Part shown: one piece after another, positions 50,580 through 62,105 of the stretch
How positions within the stretch are numbered: position 1 is the stretch's first letter
Layout of the letters: every line of letters starts with the position of its first letter
Assembly (NCBI GenBank): GCA_964188305.1
Contig: OZ076897.1
From: Podarcis bocagei
Lineage: Eukaryota
Reading direction: 5' to 3' (one strand)
DNA: 64,000 bases
Position numbers and translations under genes: made by a program
The notes under the pieces: generated by a model
What the model was told of the DNA's origin: nothing
Seen by the model: the letters and a program-made list of their open reading frames with translations, nothing else
The model's database searches: none

Positions 50580-51159
50580 GTTGTTGTTGTTTAGTTTAGT
50601 CATGTCCGACTCTTTGTGACCCCATGGACCAGAGCACGCCAGGCACTCCTGTCTTCCACTGCCTCCAGCACTTTGGTCAAACTCATGCTGGTAGCTTTGA
50701 CAACACTGTCCAACCATCTCGTTCTCCGTCCTCCCCTTCTTGTGCCCTCCATCTTTCCCAACATCAGGGTCTTTTCTAGGGAGTCTTCTCTTCTCATGAG
50801 GTGGCCAAAGTATTGGAGCCTCAGCTTCAGGATCTGTCCTTCCAGTGAGCACTCAGGGCTGATTCCCTTAAGAATGGATAGGTTTGGTCTTCTTTCAGTC
50901 CATAGGACTCTCAAGAGTCTCCTCCAGCACCATAATTCAAAAGCATCAATTCTTCGGCGATCCGCCTTCTTTATGGTCCAGCTCTCACTTCCATACATCA
51001 TTACTTTTATGGTCCAGGTCTCACTTCCATACATCACTACTGGGAAAACCATAGCTTTAACTATACGGACCTTTGTTGGCAAGGTGATGTCTCTGCTTTT
51101 TAAGATGCTGTCTAGGTTTGTCATTGCTTTTCTCCCAAGAAGCAGGTGTCTTTTAATTT
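50580..51159 (-). mobile_element. RTE-BovB LINE 3' fragment with (CAA)n tail
   Basis: IKRHLLLGRKAMTNLDSILKSRDITLPTK...WRALVHGVTKSRT; tail ...AAACAACAACAA. Confidence 0.94.
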
Positions 51160-51408
51160 TGTAACAGCAGTCACCAACAGATAGAAGCTGAATTCTCAAC
51201 TTGTGTGTGTGAAGGGAGCAGGCCAGACACGTCCCCATAAATTTAGCCTCCCAACTAGGCTGCCTCTTAATAATGCAAGTGAAAATGTTTTCCACCCATT
51301 TCCATTAGATAATATAGCTTGAGCAGTACTGTGAATTTTTAGTCTTTCAATTCAATTATCTTAAATTTGTGGTCTTAAATGCAAATGAGTGGCATCCAAT
51401 GAAATGTG

Positions 51409-51708
51409 GAGAAGGAGAAGAAGAAGAAGAAGAAGAAGAAGAAGAAGAAGAAGAAGAAGAAGAGAGGAAGAGTTTGGACTTGATATCCCACTTTATCACT
51501 ACCCGAAGGAGTCTCAAAGCGGCTAACATTCTCCTTTCACTTCCTCCCCCACAACAAACACTCTGTGAGGTGAGTGGGGCTGAGAGACTTCAGAGAAGTG
51601 TAACTAGCCCAAGGTCACCCAGCAGCTGCAGGTGGAGGAGCGGAAACGTGAACCCGGTTCCCCAGATTATGAGTCCACCGCTCTTAACCATTACACCACA
51701 CTGGCTCT
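51409..51708 (-). mobile_element. tRNA-derived CORE SINE (Squam3-like) with expanded (TTC)n tail
   Basis: 5' AGAGCCAGTGTGGTGTAATGGTTAAGAGC (A box), CORE-like GCTGGGTGACCTTGGGCTAG and (GAA)n on the plus strand at about 51415-51462. Confidence 0.88.
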
Positions 51709-53991
51709 TGAGGCATGGGAAGCACCAAGAAACACACAGTAGGCAGAAAGCAGATTTATCTACTGTAAATCAAAGTGACAAAGATGCCACATCCCAGGTT
51801 TAAATAAGTTAATGATTGACAGCATAAACTAGAATGAGACTTTCACTAAGGGAAGATGAGAAGGTTTGAAAGGCTTCAAGCATAAGAAATAAATTTAATA
51901 GTGGGAGGTTTTAGAAGTTGGAAAAATAGATCTGGTAAGCTGCTAAGGACTAAAGCACAACGTCTCATCCTTGGGATTTACACTCTGCATTAGCAAACCC
52001 TCAGAATATTCACTATGGCCTGTGAGAATTCCTTTTCAATAAGAAAGCTGAACAGGGTGGGGACATTTTCTACTCCTGAAAAACGGTTATTTGCATTTTT
52101 ATTCCTCCCTCCCTCCCTCCCTCCCTCCAAGGAGCTGAGTGTGGTCTACGCAGTGCTCTTCCTTTATCCTCATCCGTGAGGGAGGAGACAGAGATGAAGG
52201 GAACTCCCAGGCCAGCCACAGGAGGAGCTTTTCAAGTGCACCCTACTCTTTGTATGTGCAGATTTTTTTATTAGGATAATTCTGGGGAAATCCTAAAAAA
52301 AAATAAAAATCAGTGCATTGAAACCGTCACAAAATACCTCACACAAATCAATACAGATGAAGGGACCCACAGGCTTGGTCTCCCTTTTTTCTTACTTTAA
52401 CACTGCAAAGGAGCTTGGAGAAGCTTCCAAACGTGGTACCTCCGGGACACTAGGCAAAGGCAGTTTTAAGAATAGCAGGAACCGACCACATGTAATTCCC
52501 CATATAATCATATGTACAAAGGGGCGTTGTATGTACAACCCCCCCAAAAAAAACAACAACAACAAACCATGTCCATGTTGGAACTCTGGGAATTGTCGCT
52601 TTATGAGGAGAATGGGGGCTCATAACAACTCAACAACGACTCTGTGTCCCCCCCCCCTCTTTTTTAATAATAAAAAAGAACAAGTATATAAACAATTGCC
52701 ACAGCGGTAAATAACAAACAGCTTGTCCCATCGAAATCACAGCCACCGTCCTGCTAGACAACAAAATCTCATCTGGTTACTCTAAAAGGTCGCACCACAT
52801 TTTCCTGTGCCTGTTAAGTGGGTTTCTACCACCACCTGAACAATTTATACATTCAGTAAATCATTACCATGTGTTATATAAAGAACACAGAGATAGCCAG
52901 AAGCTGGAAAACTGGCAATGGGCTGAGCATTGATTCTTGGTATAACAGAGTGTGGTCTGAGAACTGGCTGAGAAACTAGCATGTCAGGTCAGAGCAGCAA
53001 AGGCAAACTCTGCCCTCTCTCAAAGACTCTGGCAAGCTAAGAATATGTCAGCTACTTCACATCTTCCATGGACACCATAGACAGGATAGTTTGATGAGAA
53101 ACATTTTGCACGTCTTCTGGAAGATGCATGGGCTTGGACTCTAATAAAAAATTCAAAATTGCATAGCCTCTCCCAATTAGAAAACATTCCAGTTATTAAT
53201 CAGAATTAAATATGATTAAATTAAGGGCTTGCTCATGCCCTTATTTTACCAATTTATTTTAATTTTTACGTACCCCTGTCACAAGAAAAGTATATATTGT
53301 TTCAACAGGAAGAAATGTAATTACTGAATGTATTTTTAAAATAATTACTTCATGTTTAAGATCTTGGGCATAAAACATTAAATTGCTAAAACATCTTTGG
53401 TGGAGTTTAGCATCTCCTTCCCATATGAGAAAGCACCTACTCTCACATGGGAAGGGACAATGGGTGGTATTCAGTGAGGTTTTACACAGAATGGACCTGG
53501 GGATATTACTAGACCTAAATTAGTTGTGCTCATAAATTTCAGTGGGCCTACTCTGAGTAGAAGTTACCACCCAATTTTCTTTCTGGTAACAGGCTCCTCG
53601 TGTGTCAGAAGGTGCTACTATCAAGGGACCCATGATGAGGTAGAGTAGCTGCCATTCCAAATAAAAGCTTTAAAACTGCCCCTGTGTTTGAGCAGCACAC
53701 TAGTTTGTGCTGACCCCACTTCTTAGTTCACAACTGTTCTGCTTTATTTGAGGTTTAAAAATCACGGGACTCCTGTCTGCTTTGCATGTGCCCATTCAAA
53801 CAATCCTCCAGTAAGTGAAAATATAAGACATAATATTAATGTAAAGGAATTGCATGCACCACTGTCTTCCTGATGAAAATGTTATCAGCATTAGCCTCTT
53901 GCCATTCTGCAAACAACAATGATGGGCAAAGGAGTGGGAAATTCTTTATCTGAGAATGGGATTCTTCCGCAGATAAAAGCATTCCTCCTTA

Positions 53992-54200
53992 CAGTGGCAC
54001 CTCGGGTTAAGAATTTAATTCATTCCAGAGGTCCGTTCTTAACCTGAAGCACCACTTTAGCTAATGGGGCCTCCCACTGCTGTCATGCGGCCGCTGCAGG
54101 ATTTCTGTTCTCATCCTGAAGCAAAGTTCTTAACCCAAGGTATTATTTCTGGGTTAGCGGAGACTGTAACCTGAAGCATCTGTAACCCGAGGTACCACTG
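53992..54200. mobile_element. Tc1/mariner (Tigger-like) MITE
   Basis: TIRs CAGTGGCACCTCGGGTTA ... TAACCCGAGGTACCACTG, TA flanks. Confidence 0.9.
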
Positions 54201-54305
54201 TATTGTCCTTCCCCCCAAGTGGCTTTGAAGTGAATAAGCTGTGTACAACAATATTATCTCTACACTCAAAATACACCTAGAACTGGAAGGGCGATGGTGA
54301 TGAAT

Positions 54306-54310
<5 letters not shown>

Positions 54311-54354
<44 letters not shown>
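54311..54354. repeat. (GA)n microsatellite
   Basis: Read directly. Confidence 0.95.
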
Positions 54355-54356
<2 letters not shown>

Positions 54357-54627
54357 TCATTTTCACTTTAAACACTCCCATCAGGGAAAAGGGTGGGGCA
54401 AATAAAGAAATAAATAATACCAAGCTGTTAGTAAAATGAGCACCCCGCTGCCCAAGTCACCCGCTTCCCTGCACAGAGGTCCTTCACCCTCACAGCCAGC
54501 AGTGATCCCATTGAAGTGGGACTAAAAAGTGCTTCCCTATGGATGGTCACATTGGCCAAGACAACTCATGATTCCGTCTCTCAAGCTCCTGGCAAATAAC
54601 AGCTACCAAGATGAGAAATGTATAAAG

Positions 54628-54763
54628 CAGGCATAGGCAAACTCAGCACTCCAGATGTTTTGGAACTACAACTCCCATCATCCCTAGCTAACAGGACCAG
54701 TGGTCAGTGATGATGGGAATTGTAGTCTCAAAACATCTGGAGGGCCGAGTTTGCCTATGCCTG
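54628..54763. mobile_element. Palindromic hAT (Charlie-like) MITE, 136 bp
   Basis: TIRs CAGGCATAGGCAAACTC / GAGTTTGCCTATGCCTG extend into arms of about 55 bp. Perfect 8-bp TSD GTATAAAG at 54620-54627 and 54764-54771. Confidence 0.95.
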
Positions 54764-55401
54764 GTATAAAGCATATCAAAAGATCTGATACTCCCAGCAC
54801 CAAACTTAAACTGATCTTGCGGTGATCTACAGGTGAAACGGCTATCCCATTTTGCTGAACTAACAGAGGAAAGAAATGCTATGTTTTCTTTTTAAGCAGT
54901 TTCATAGTCCTTGGCGAGCTGGTGAGCGATCTCTACTCTTCCTCTGCTGTTTATTGTTGTTTATTGTATTTAGAAAATGTTAAATAAAATATCTCCTGTC
55001 GTTCCTTCTCTCACACTGTGGTCTTCCCCAATGTCAAAATTTACAATGTAAGCTCCATGGAGCAGCTGTCTGCTTAGCATTTGGTTCTGCTACTCTATAA
55101 GGCGCTATGTACATCAATATTGCATTATAAATACATTAATAATGGCAACAATTGCTGTTGCCCTGAAGCTTCTCACTTTAGAATAACATATAAAGCACAC
55201 AAACTCACACCCCCCTCTAGGGCCAGGGAGGAATCAATTTCGATCTCTCCTCTTCTGTGCTGCACTGCACAGTTTCTGATACAGGATACTATATTCAGGT
55301 AACATATGAATTCCAATTTTAGTAAATAATGCATCCACTTCAGAATTCTCCTGGCAGATTCCTTCCAACTGTGATAGCACTGAGGCCTTTGCGACCAGCT
55401 A

Positions 55402-55571
55402 CCGTATTTTTCCGTGTATAAGACATGGGTTTTTTCCTTTTAAAAAAAATGTCAAAAATTAGGGGGTGTCTTATACACGGGGCCATCTCCCCCTATTTTC
55501 TTAAATCAGAGTCCCCCAAAATAGGGGGTGTCTTATACATGGGGGTGTCTTATAGACAAAAACCCCCACGA
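55402..55571. mobile_element. Tc1/mariner-superfamily MITE (CCGTATTTTT terminus)
   Basis: TA-CCGTATTTTTCCGTGTATAAGAC start, three GGGTGTCTTATA subterminal repeats and a degenerate right TIR. Confidence 0.7.
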
Positions 55572-55719
55572 TAATTCAAATGCAAAATTGCAGTTTGTCC
55601 ACCACAACCAAAGCAGTGTCTCCTTACAGCACAAATCTACATGGAGAAATAGCTCCAAATTGCAAAAGCAAAATGACTGGACTTTAAGAAAACCAGTATC
55701 TTGAGTTTATGGAGCTCAC

Positions 55720-55984
55720 CTGAAGATATGTCTATTTGACTTTTCTTGACTCCAGTGACATTGATATGGACACTGACTTTGCCTTCTATCAGGTCAATCT
55801 CTATGGTGCCCAGTCCTTCAGCAAAATTGCTGAACAGCAGAAGTCCATTGGGATTCCAAGTCCGAAATTGAAAGCTGACTGAAAACATGTCCTGATTTGG
55901 ACGACCCGGCACTTCCAGGAAACTGGTAGCATTGAAAAAGACGGGCACTGTATGGGGCTCCACGCATGAGAAGCTTAAATTCCC
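55720..55984 (-). CDS. CNTNAP2: CNTNAP2 coding exon (equivalent to human exon 8), start of laminin-G domain 2
   Basis: Translates [88 protein letters not shown](G). Acceptor ttgtttttaatAG, donor GTGAGC. Length 265 bp, phase 0 to 1. Confidence 0.96.
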
Positions 55985-56297
55985 CTATTAAAAACAAAAA
56001 CAGAAGCAAAAACAGTAACACACACACACCAAAAACAAAAACAACATGAGAAAAGTGACATTTCTAAAAAACCCCAGTTTTTAGAGACCTTAAAATTTCC
56101 TCCTGAATCCAGTAAAACAATGTTTAAAAGAGAGCATGTTGATCTACTGAGGGATGTATGAAAGTTACTGAACATCCTTGAGAAATGTATAAACTCTGCT
56201 CACTTCCCACAGGATTCCTTGTGCGCAAGAAATCTAAACTTGCTCCTAATTTCAAAATTTAGTAACAACCTTGGAATGCAAAGTAAAATAACATATA

Positions 56298-56619
56298 CAG
56301 TGGTGCCCCGCAAGATGAATGCCTCGCAAGACGGAAAATTCGCTAGACGAAAGAGTTTTCCGTTTTGGAGGTGCTTCGCAAAACGAATTTCCTATGGGCT
56401 TGCTTCGCAAGACAACAATGTCTTGCGAGTTCCTGCTGGTTTTCCCTCCCCCCCCTTTTCTAAGCCGCTAAGCCGCTTATCAGCTGATCCGATCAGAAGA
56501 TAAGCCGCTAAAAGCGCTAATAGCGCTAATCCTTCAATGGGCTTGCTTCGCAAGACAAAAAAACCGCTAGACGAAGAGAATCACAGAACGGATTCTTTTC
56601 GTCTTGCGAGGCACCACTG
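56298..56619. mobile_element. Second copy of the minisatellite-bearing MITE, inverted relative to 20892-21367, with a short array
   Basis: TIRs CAGTGGTGCCCCGCAAGA ... CGTCTTGCGAGGCACCACTG and TA flanks. Body is the reverse complement of the first copy, with only 1-2 repeat units. Confidence 0.93.
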
Positions 56620-56711
56620 TACTGCATGTGTGTGTGTGCTTGGCAATTTGAAGAGCTCAGAGTGCTACACATGCAGTATTTATTTGCAATCTTTGCAACA
56701 GTCCTGTACGT

Positions 56712-57340
56712 AAGGGTGGGGAACTTCTGACCTGTGGCTAATTTGGCCGACCAGGACCTTCCCATTTGGCCCACAAGGACGTTCTCCCAAAACCACACCC
56801 ACTGGCCCAATCCCTGATGCCACATGTGATGTCAGGTGTGGAACAAGTAGCGGTGCGCATAGATCCTGCATCTGGAAAGCAAGATTGAACTCCCCACGCA
56901 TCAAATGGTGCACAGAGAGGTCAATCTTGCTTGATTCTGGGGCGCAAGCTAGTTCCCTAAGGGCAGCTGGCAGGCATGCTCAACTGCTGCACAATGCAGG
57001 AGTGAACTCTGCGCACCAGCTGTTGTGTGGGGAGTCCAGTCCTGCTTGGTCATTCCCACACCCATGGGCCAACTTTGAGGAGCAGATGGGATCAACCATC
57101 AGTCACCTGACACAGTGGCAGAGTTAGCTGCATGGAAGCCCGGAGCGGGGGGGGCGGAGAGCTGTGCGGGGGGCAGGGCAAGCCCCCCACGATGTGCCTT
57201 TTTGTCACCCCCCTCAGGGATGACACCTGGGACAGACTGCCCCCACCGCCCCCCTTCTACGCCCCTGACCTGAAACCATTATGATGTCAGAAGATTGGCA
57301 GGTAGGTAGTCCCACAAAGCCATAATGTTGCCTACCCCTG
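56712..57340. mobile_element. Decayed hAT-type element
   Basis: Ends AAGGGTGGGGAAC ... GTTGCCTACCCCTG around a GC-rich interior. TSD not recognisable. Confidence 0.45.
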
Positions 57341-58089
57341 TTCCCCCCTCCCCAATGTGCATGGACGAGGACCAATGTAGGCTGAAAGCAGTAGGAGTCA
57401 GGAGGAGCCCACATCTAGTTAGCATTTCTACGATGATCCAGAAAATTCCACAAATATACCCAACATTAATAAGCATAGCCCCCTGAATAATCTCCTTTTA
57501 TTTTCTCATTCCCAGCCCATTCCTTGCCCTCTGTAGCATAGCTGCCTCTTGCCTTAATTTTGCTTCTTTCCTCTGCTCTGTCCCTCATGGTCCTCCTTCC
57601 TCTTACAGAAAATTGGAAAAATTAATATGAGCAGAAAATCTGTCGACACTATTGGATCTACGCATGCCTTTTTCAAAGTTATAAGCCAGGTACCCATGAT
57701 AAGGTACAGAGAAACGTGGAAAGGAAAGGAAATTTATTCCCATTTTACAAACAATGAAATAATGGAAAGGTTTTTTATTTTTTATTTTAAAAAGAAGATC
57801 CCTCAGAGCTGATCTGCCCGCTTCATTCTTTATGCAAGAAGGTGTCAGGACATTTTTGAAGGAGTGTGCTCTTGCTCAGTTAAAAAAAAAAAGCCTGTGG
57901 TGAAAGTGGAGAGGAATAGTCATGGATGGAGTACAGGCATGCATTATGAAGTTCTAGGAAAACTGTTCACACATATTCATCCCTGAGTTTAGTGTTGCAG
58001 CTAATGCTGCGGACGTTGTGGCCAAAGATGCAACGCCATGAGCAGGTCATGCCATTCTTTTTAATACATGGTGATGGGTTAGAGGAAGC

Positions 58090-58344
58090 AGAAGAAGAAG
58101 AAGAAGAGTTTGGATTTGATATCCCGCCTTTCACTGCCTTTAAGGAGTCTCAAAGCGGCTAACATTCTCCTTTCCCTTCCTCCCCCACAACAAGCACTCT
58201 GTGAGGTGAGTGGGGCTGAGAGACTTCAGAGAAGTGTGACTGGCCCAAGGTCACCCAGCAGCTGCAGGTGGAGGAGCGGAGACATGAACCCAGTTCCCCA
58301 GATTACGAGTCTACCACTCTTAACCACTACACCACTCTGGCTCT
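58090..58344 (-). mobile_element. Second Squam3-like CORE SINE, same orientation as 51409-51708
   Basis: Near-identical body, e.g. GGAGTCTCAAAGCGGCTAACATTCTCC...GCCCAAGGTCACCCAGCAGCTGCAGGTGGAGGAGCGGA. Confidence 0.9.
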
Positions 58345-59270
58345 CCATTGCGCTCTCTTCTGGACATAGCATGCATTTGGACAGGGTGCCCATGGGTCTT
58401 CCTTCATAGGAGAGACTCCTCTCTTTGAAGGCATCCTATATCTGGAGGGCTGTCTTGGCCAAATCTAATTTAAAGATAAAGCATCATTTGAGTGGCGGGG
58501 AGGAACCTTGATGTTGCCCATCTGAACATCGAGACTGAATGGGAGCACAGGTTGCATGGTCACAGTCTTCCAGACTATGGTGAGCCTTATGGCAGTTGTT
58601 TCTAAATTTGTATCTATATATATTTATCAGCATATGCAAATTGTATGTGGAGCTGTGGGGAGGCCTACATGGCCATCCTATATTTGGAGCCACAAAAAAT
58701 GCAGCATTTCTTTTCAGATTCTTCAAAGAATGCATATCATCATAATCTTTTTTTTAATGCTAAACTAATCCCATGGGGCAATAACAGCAACAAAGAGAGC
58801 GAGAGGGGAGAAGTGAAAATCTATGCTGATTTAATTAGAAGAAAATTGATCTTGTTTTCCTAGAGGTAAGGCAATGGAAGTAACTCAGCTTGAAACAAAG
58901 GAGATGGCAATTTTTATAGCCTCTCTTTGCACTGGATATCAAGTGAGCCCTCAAATTATACCAGCTCACAATAGTTTCTTGCTGAAGCACTCATGCATCA
59001 CTAACACTGCTTATACAGGTCTTGCTGTGGAGTTAAATAAGAAGAAAATGAAATACCACCAGCAACAGGGAGAAATTGTATTCTACATCCATTTCCATGG
59101 TCTTAGCACCTAATGGAGAATGGAGTCACTTGCTCTAGGTTATTAACCCTTTAAGAGCGGATCTGCAGCGAATGGCATTATGTCATAATGCCTATACAGA
59201 AGCTGCCTAGCAACTCCGGACATAGCGGTCAACCACCTCCAGGGGAGTTCGAGGAAGATACGAACATTGC

Positions 59271-59454
59271 CAGAGGCGGATTTAGGGCAGTGTGTCTGGT
59301 TCTGCCCTACTGGGCACCAAACCTAGGGGGTGCTGTGGGGCGACACAACTATGACATAGTGAATTGAGCAGAATGGAGGGCAAGAGGCGTCAGGAACAAA
59401 TTTTGGGCTTGCACAAGGTGCCACTGAAATTTGAAAGACCAAAATCGGCCCCTG
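59271..59454. mobile_element. hAT-type MITE
   Basis: TIRs CAGAGGCGGATTT ... AAATCGGCCCCTG flanked by duplicated ACATTGC(C): 7 bp, or 8 bp if one junction C was lost. Confidence 0.8.
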
Positions 59455-59995
59455 ACATTGCCCAATGTGGCATGAGAGCAACCATGCAGCTGGTAAAAGG
59501 TAGCATGTAAAATTGGTGCCCATAATAGGCAACTATGAGAAGAATGCTGGTTAAGGGTCATTATGTAAATAGCTTAAAAGTGCCCCCCCAAAAGATGTTA
59601 GTTCCTAAACTCAGATACCAGACTGAAATTTGGAATAACATCACAAAATATTGGTCAATTGGGGGGGGGGATTATGTGTTGCTTGTTTCCTTTTGCCTAA
59701 GCTTCTTAAAAGCACAAAAAAAGTTATTAGAAATGGCTTTTTCCACTGTGAGGCTTAACAGCATTCATTCAGGCCACTAGAAAATTCCCTGCATGATAGG
59801 AAGACATTTCAAGGGTCTAGTTTGTATTTAAAGGAATGAATGGAATTTGCTTTTAAAGCAGCTCATAATCCTTCACATCTGCACTGAGTTATTTCAAGAA
59901 ATCTGGCAGTAATACAAAGGGAGCTGTAAATTCGTACAAAAATATAAATAAACTGCTGTGTTTCAATTTAGATGATCACAAAATGATGTACTCAC

Positions 59996-60139
59996 CACAT
60001 TAGAAGGCTCCAATTTCTTCCTCCTGGCCATATCTGTGATATTATTGGTATTATATATTATGCTCTCCATGCAACCTTTGAAATTCTTTCTACTGTTTGA
60101 ACTTGGTTTCCCAGAAAATGGCATGCCACCAAACGTGAT
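59996..60139 (-). CDS. CNTNAP2: CNTNAP2 coding exon (equivalent to human exon 7), end of laminin-G domain 1; not in the ORF track
   Basis: Translated by hand: [48 protein letters not shown]. Acceptor tcttttcaaAG, donor GTGAGT. Length 144 bp, phase 0 to 0, in frame with both neighbours. Confidence 0.96.
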
Positions 60140-60710
60140 CTTTGAAAAGAAGCATGAAACATTTCAAAATAGAGTGACAATCCATTAACTCTTGCATTTT
60201 ATTAACAAGTTTAGTTTTAAACACAGAACCACAGGTAATGTTAAGTGACACAAACCTGTGCAGAATTGATTTTATTATCTGCTGCCCATATTTGTGAAGA
60301 CTTAACTAGATGAATCAACAACAAGCCTATGAACATATTATTTGATCTAGTGATGGTCCATGAGCTGCGATGTGGAGTTCTCTTGCCTACAGCAAGCAAC
60401 TGCAGCAGCTCCACCAATTTCCTGATCAGCAGAGTGATACAACTGGGAGCCACCAGGGTGGGTTCTTGTGCAAAGCTTTACATATCCTATCCATTCCTAT
60501 AATTTCCATTGGAAATAGACTGGAGCCAAGCTCAGATATTATCTAAATATTCTAGGTAAAGTTGACTAGAGAATCTAAACGTCTAAAAGGTTGGGCACAT
60601 TCAACACACTATTTAGAATGTGGAGGCACCTTTTTTTCTTTTTTTTTTGCTTGAGGGTCACATTCATTCTGGGAAGCAACCCAATAGTGGGTGTAGCCAA
60701 ACTCCTGCAC

Positions 60711-60756
60711 GTGTGTGTGTGTGTGTGTGTGCGCGCGTGCACGCACACACACACAC
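60711..60756. repeat. (TG)n(CG)n(CA)n compound, self-complementary microsatellite
   Basis: gtgtgtgtgtgtgtgtgtgtgcgcgcgtgcacgcacacacacacac. Confidence 0.9.
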
Positions 60757-61493
60757 TCCTCCCTACTCAGCCAAAGATCAACTTGATGACTGGGGAGGGT
60801 GCATTTGTAAGCTATCCCATTCACCTCAGTACTATATCTTCTGCAGCAAAAAACTCTTGGAGGTCTTGGGTGGGGCAGTAAATATGCTTGGTGGTATATT
60901 AGACCCCTAGGCCAGGAATTAGCCACCCCTGATTTAGAAGGATGAACAAATTCAATACAATGCATGACATTCTAATTATATTCTAATTCCAAAATAAAAA
61001 ATGTAAGTGGATTGTCAAACTTAAGGCCTGGAGCCTTATTGGGCTTTCTGGGGCCAGAAGCTATTACTTTACAACGGTGTGGTAGGCAGACAGGGTTTCA
61101 AAGGGTACCCAAATAATCTTTGCCCAAGAAGGGGTATGCTGGTTAGATTGAACTCTCAAAAGGGGTATGTGAATATTCTAAACACAGCCTTACTAGCCTT
61201 ACTATTGCGCTCCTAAGCTACCTTCCTTTCCCTTTCCATTAGGAGCACAACCATCAAGGACTTCTGGGGAAGGGGAGCAAAGTGCCCTAGAGCAGGAGAA
61301 GGCAATGTCAAAGGCTCAGTTATGGAACCAGGGTGCCAGCCTGTAGAATCCTCCGACAGGAATATGTCGGCTTACAGGATGGAGGCAGGCAGCATGTGAG
61401 GAGGTTTGGAGAACCATTTTCAAAGCATTTTAATGAATACTGATGGGCGTCATTTGTTTATTTGTACGGAGAGTAAGGGATGTAATTGTTTAC

Positions 61494-61678
61494 CTCATAG
61501 TCCAAATCCAGGTAATCAAATTCCCCATTGATCCGGAAATGCTGGAGATGCCTATCAAGCGTGAGGTTGATGTTCCTCCCATGACGCTCTATCACTACAG
61601 AATGCCAGTGGTGGTCATCCAAGAGGCTACCTGTTGTCACAGACGTATGGCCATAAATTGACCCATATTGGTTGCTAC
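61494..61678 (-). CDS. CNTNAP2: CNTNAP2 coding exon (equivalent to human exon 6), part of laminin-G domain 1
   Basis: Translates (G)[61 protein letters not shown], matching Caspr2 as I recall it. Acceptor tcttcctctcAG, donor GTAAAC. Length 185 bp, phase 1 to 0. Confidence 0.96.
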
Positions 61679-62014
61679 CTGAGAGGAAGAAGAGGGCAGG
61701 AAATATTGAATACCTCAAATGTAAGGCCACGTAGTGAGTTGTCATGCCACTGTTGCTGCTATGCCACTATAATAAAATGCCCCGTCATTCACAAATACTA
61801 TATTCTTTGTAAGGTAGCATTTTTTTCTAGTTACAGGTAGGCAGCTGTGTTGGTCTGCTGTAGTTGAAAAAAACAAACAAACAAACAAAAACCCCTTCCA
61901 GAAGCACCTTAGATCACATATAATGAACCACTTGGGATGTGACTAAGGGAACACAAAAAGTCTGAATAAACGAACAGTCTGAATAAAGAGTAATAGCCCA
62001 TATGGTGCCCACTA

Positions 62015-62105
62015 GGTGCTGAATTGCAACGCCCATGGGCAACACTGGCTAGGGCTGGTGGGAGTCCAACAACATCTTGAGGACACCATGTTGGCCAGTC
62101 CAGCT
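62015..62105. mobile_element. Decayed palindromic hAT MITE; similar remnant at about 43340-43468
   Basis: GGTGGGAGTCCAACAACATCTTGAGGACACCATGTTGG resembles the right arm of the 54628-type family. Confidence 0.45.

Larger units (their letters stand above)
1..55719 (-). other. CNTNAP2: Very long CNTNAP2 intron following the exon-8 equivalent; extends beyond the window
   Basis: GT donor at 55718-55719. I did not find the expected next exon (GSGLNDGQWH...) by eye or in the ORF track. Content is repeats and AT-rich unique DNA. Confidence 0.75.

Noticed and set aside
51369-51803. 144-aa ORF with poly-Glu
   Set aside because: Antisense read-through of a SINE and its (TTC)n tail. The same peptide appears at the second SINE copy (58110).
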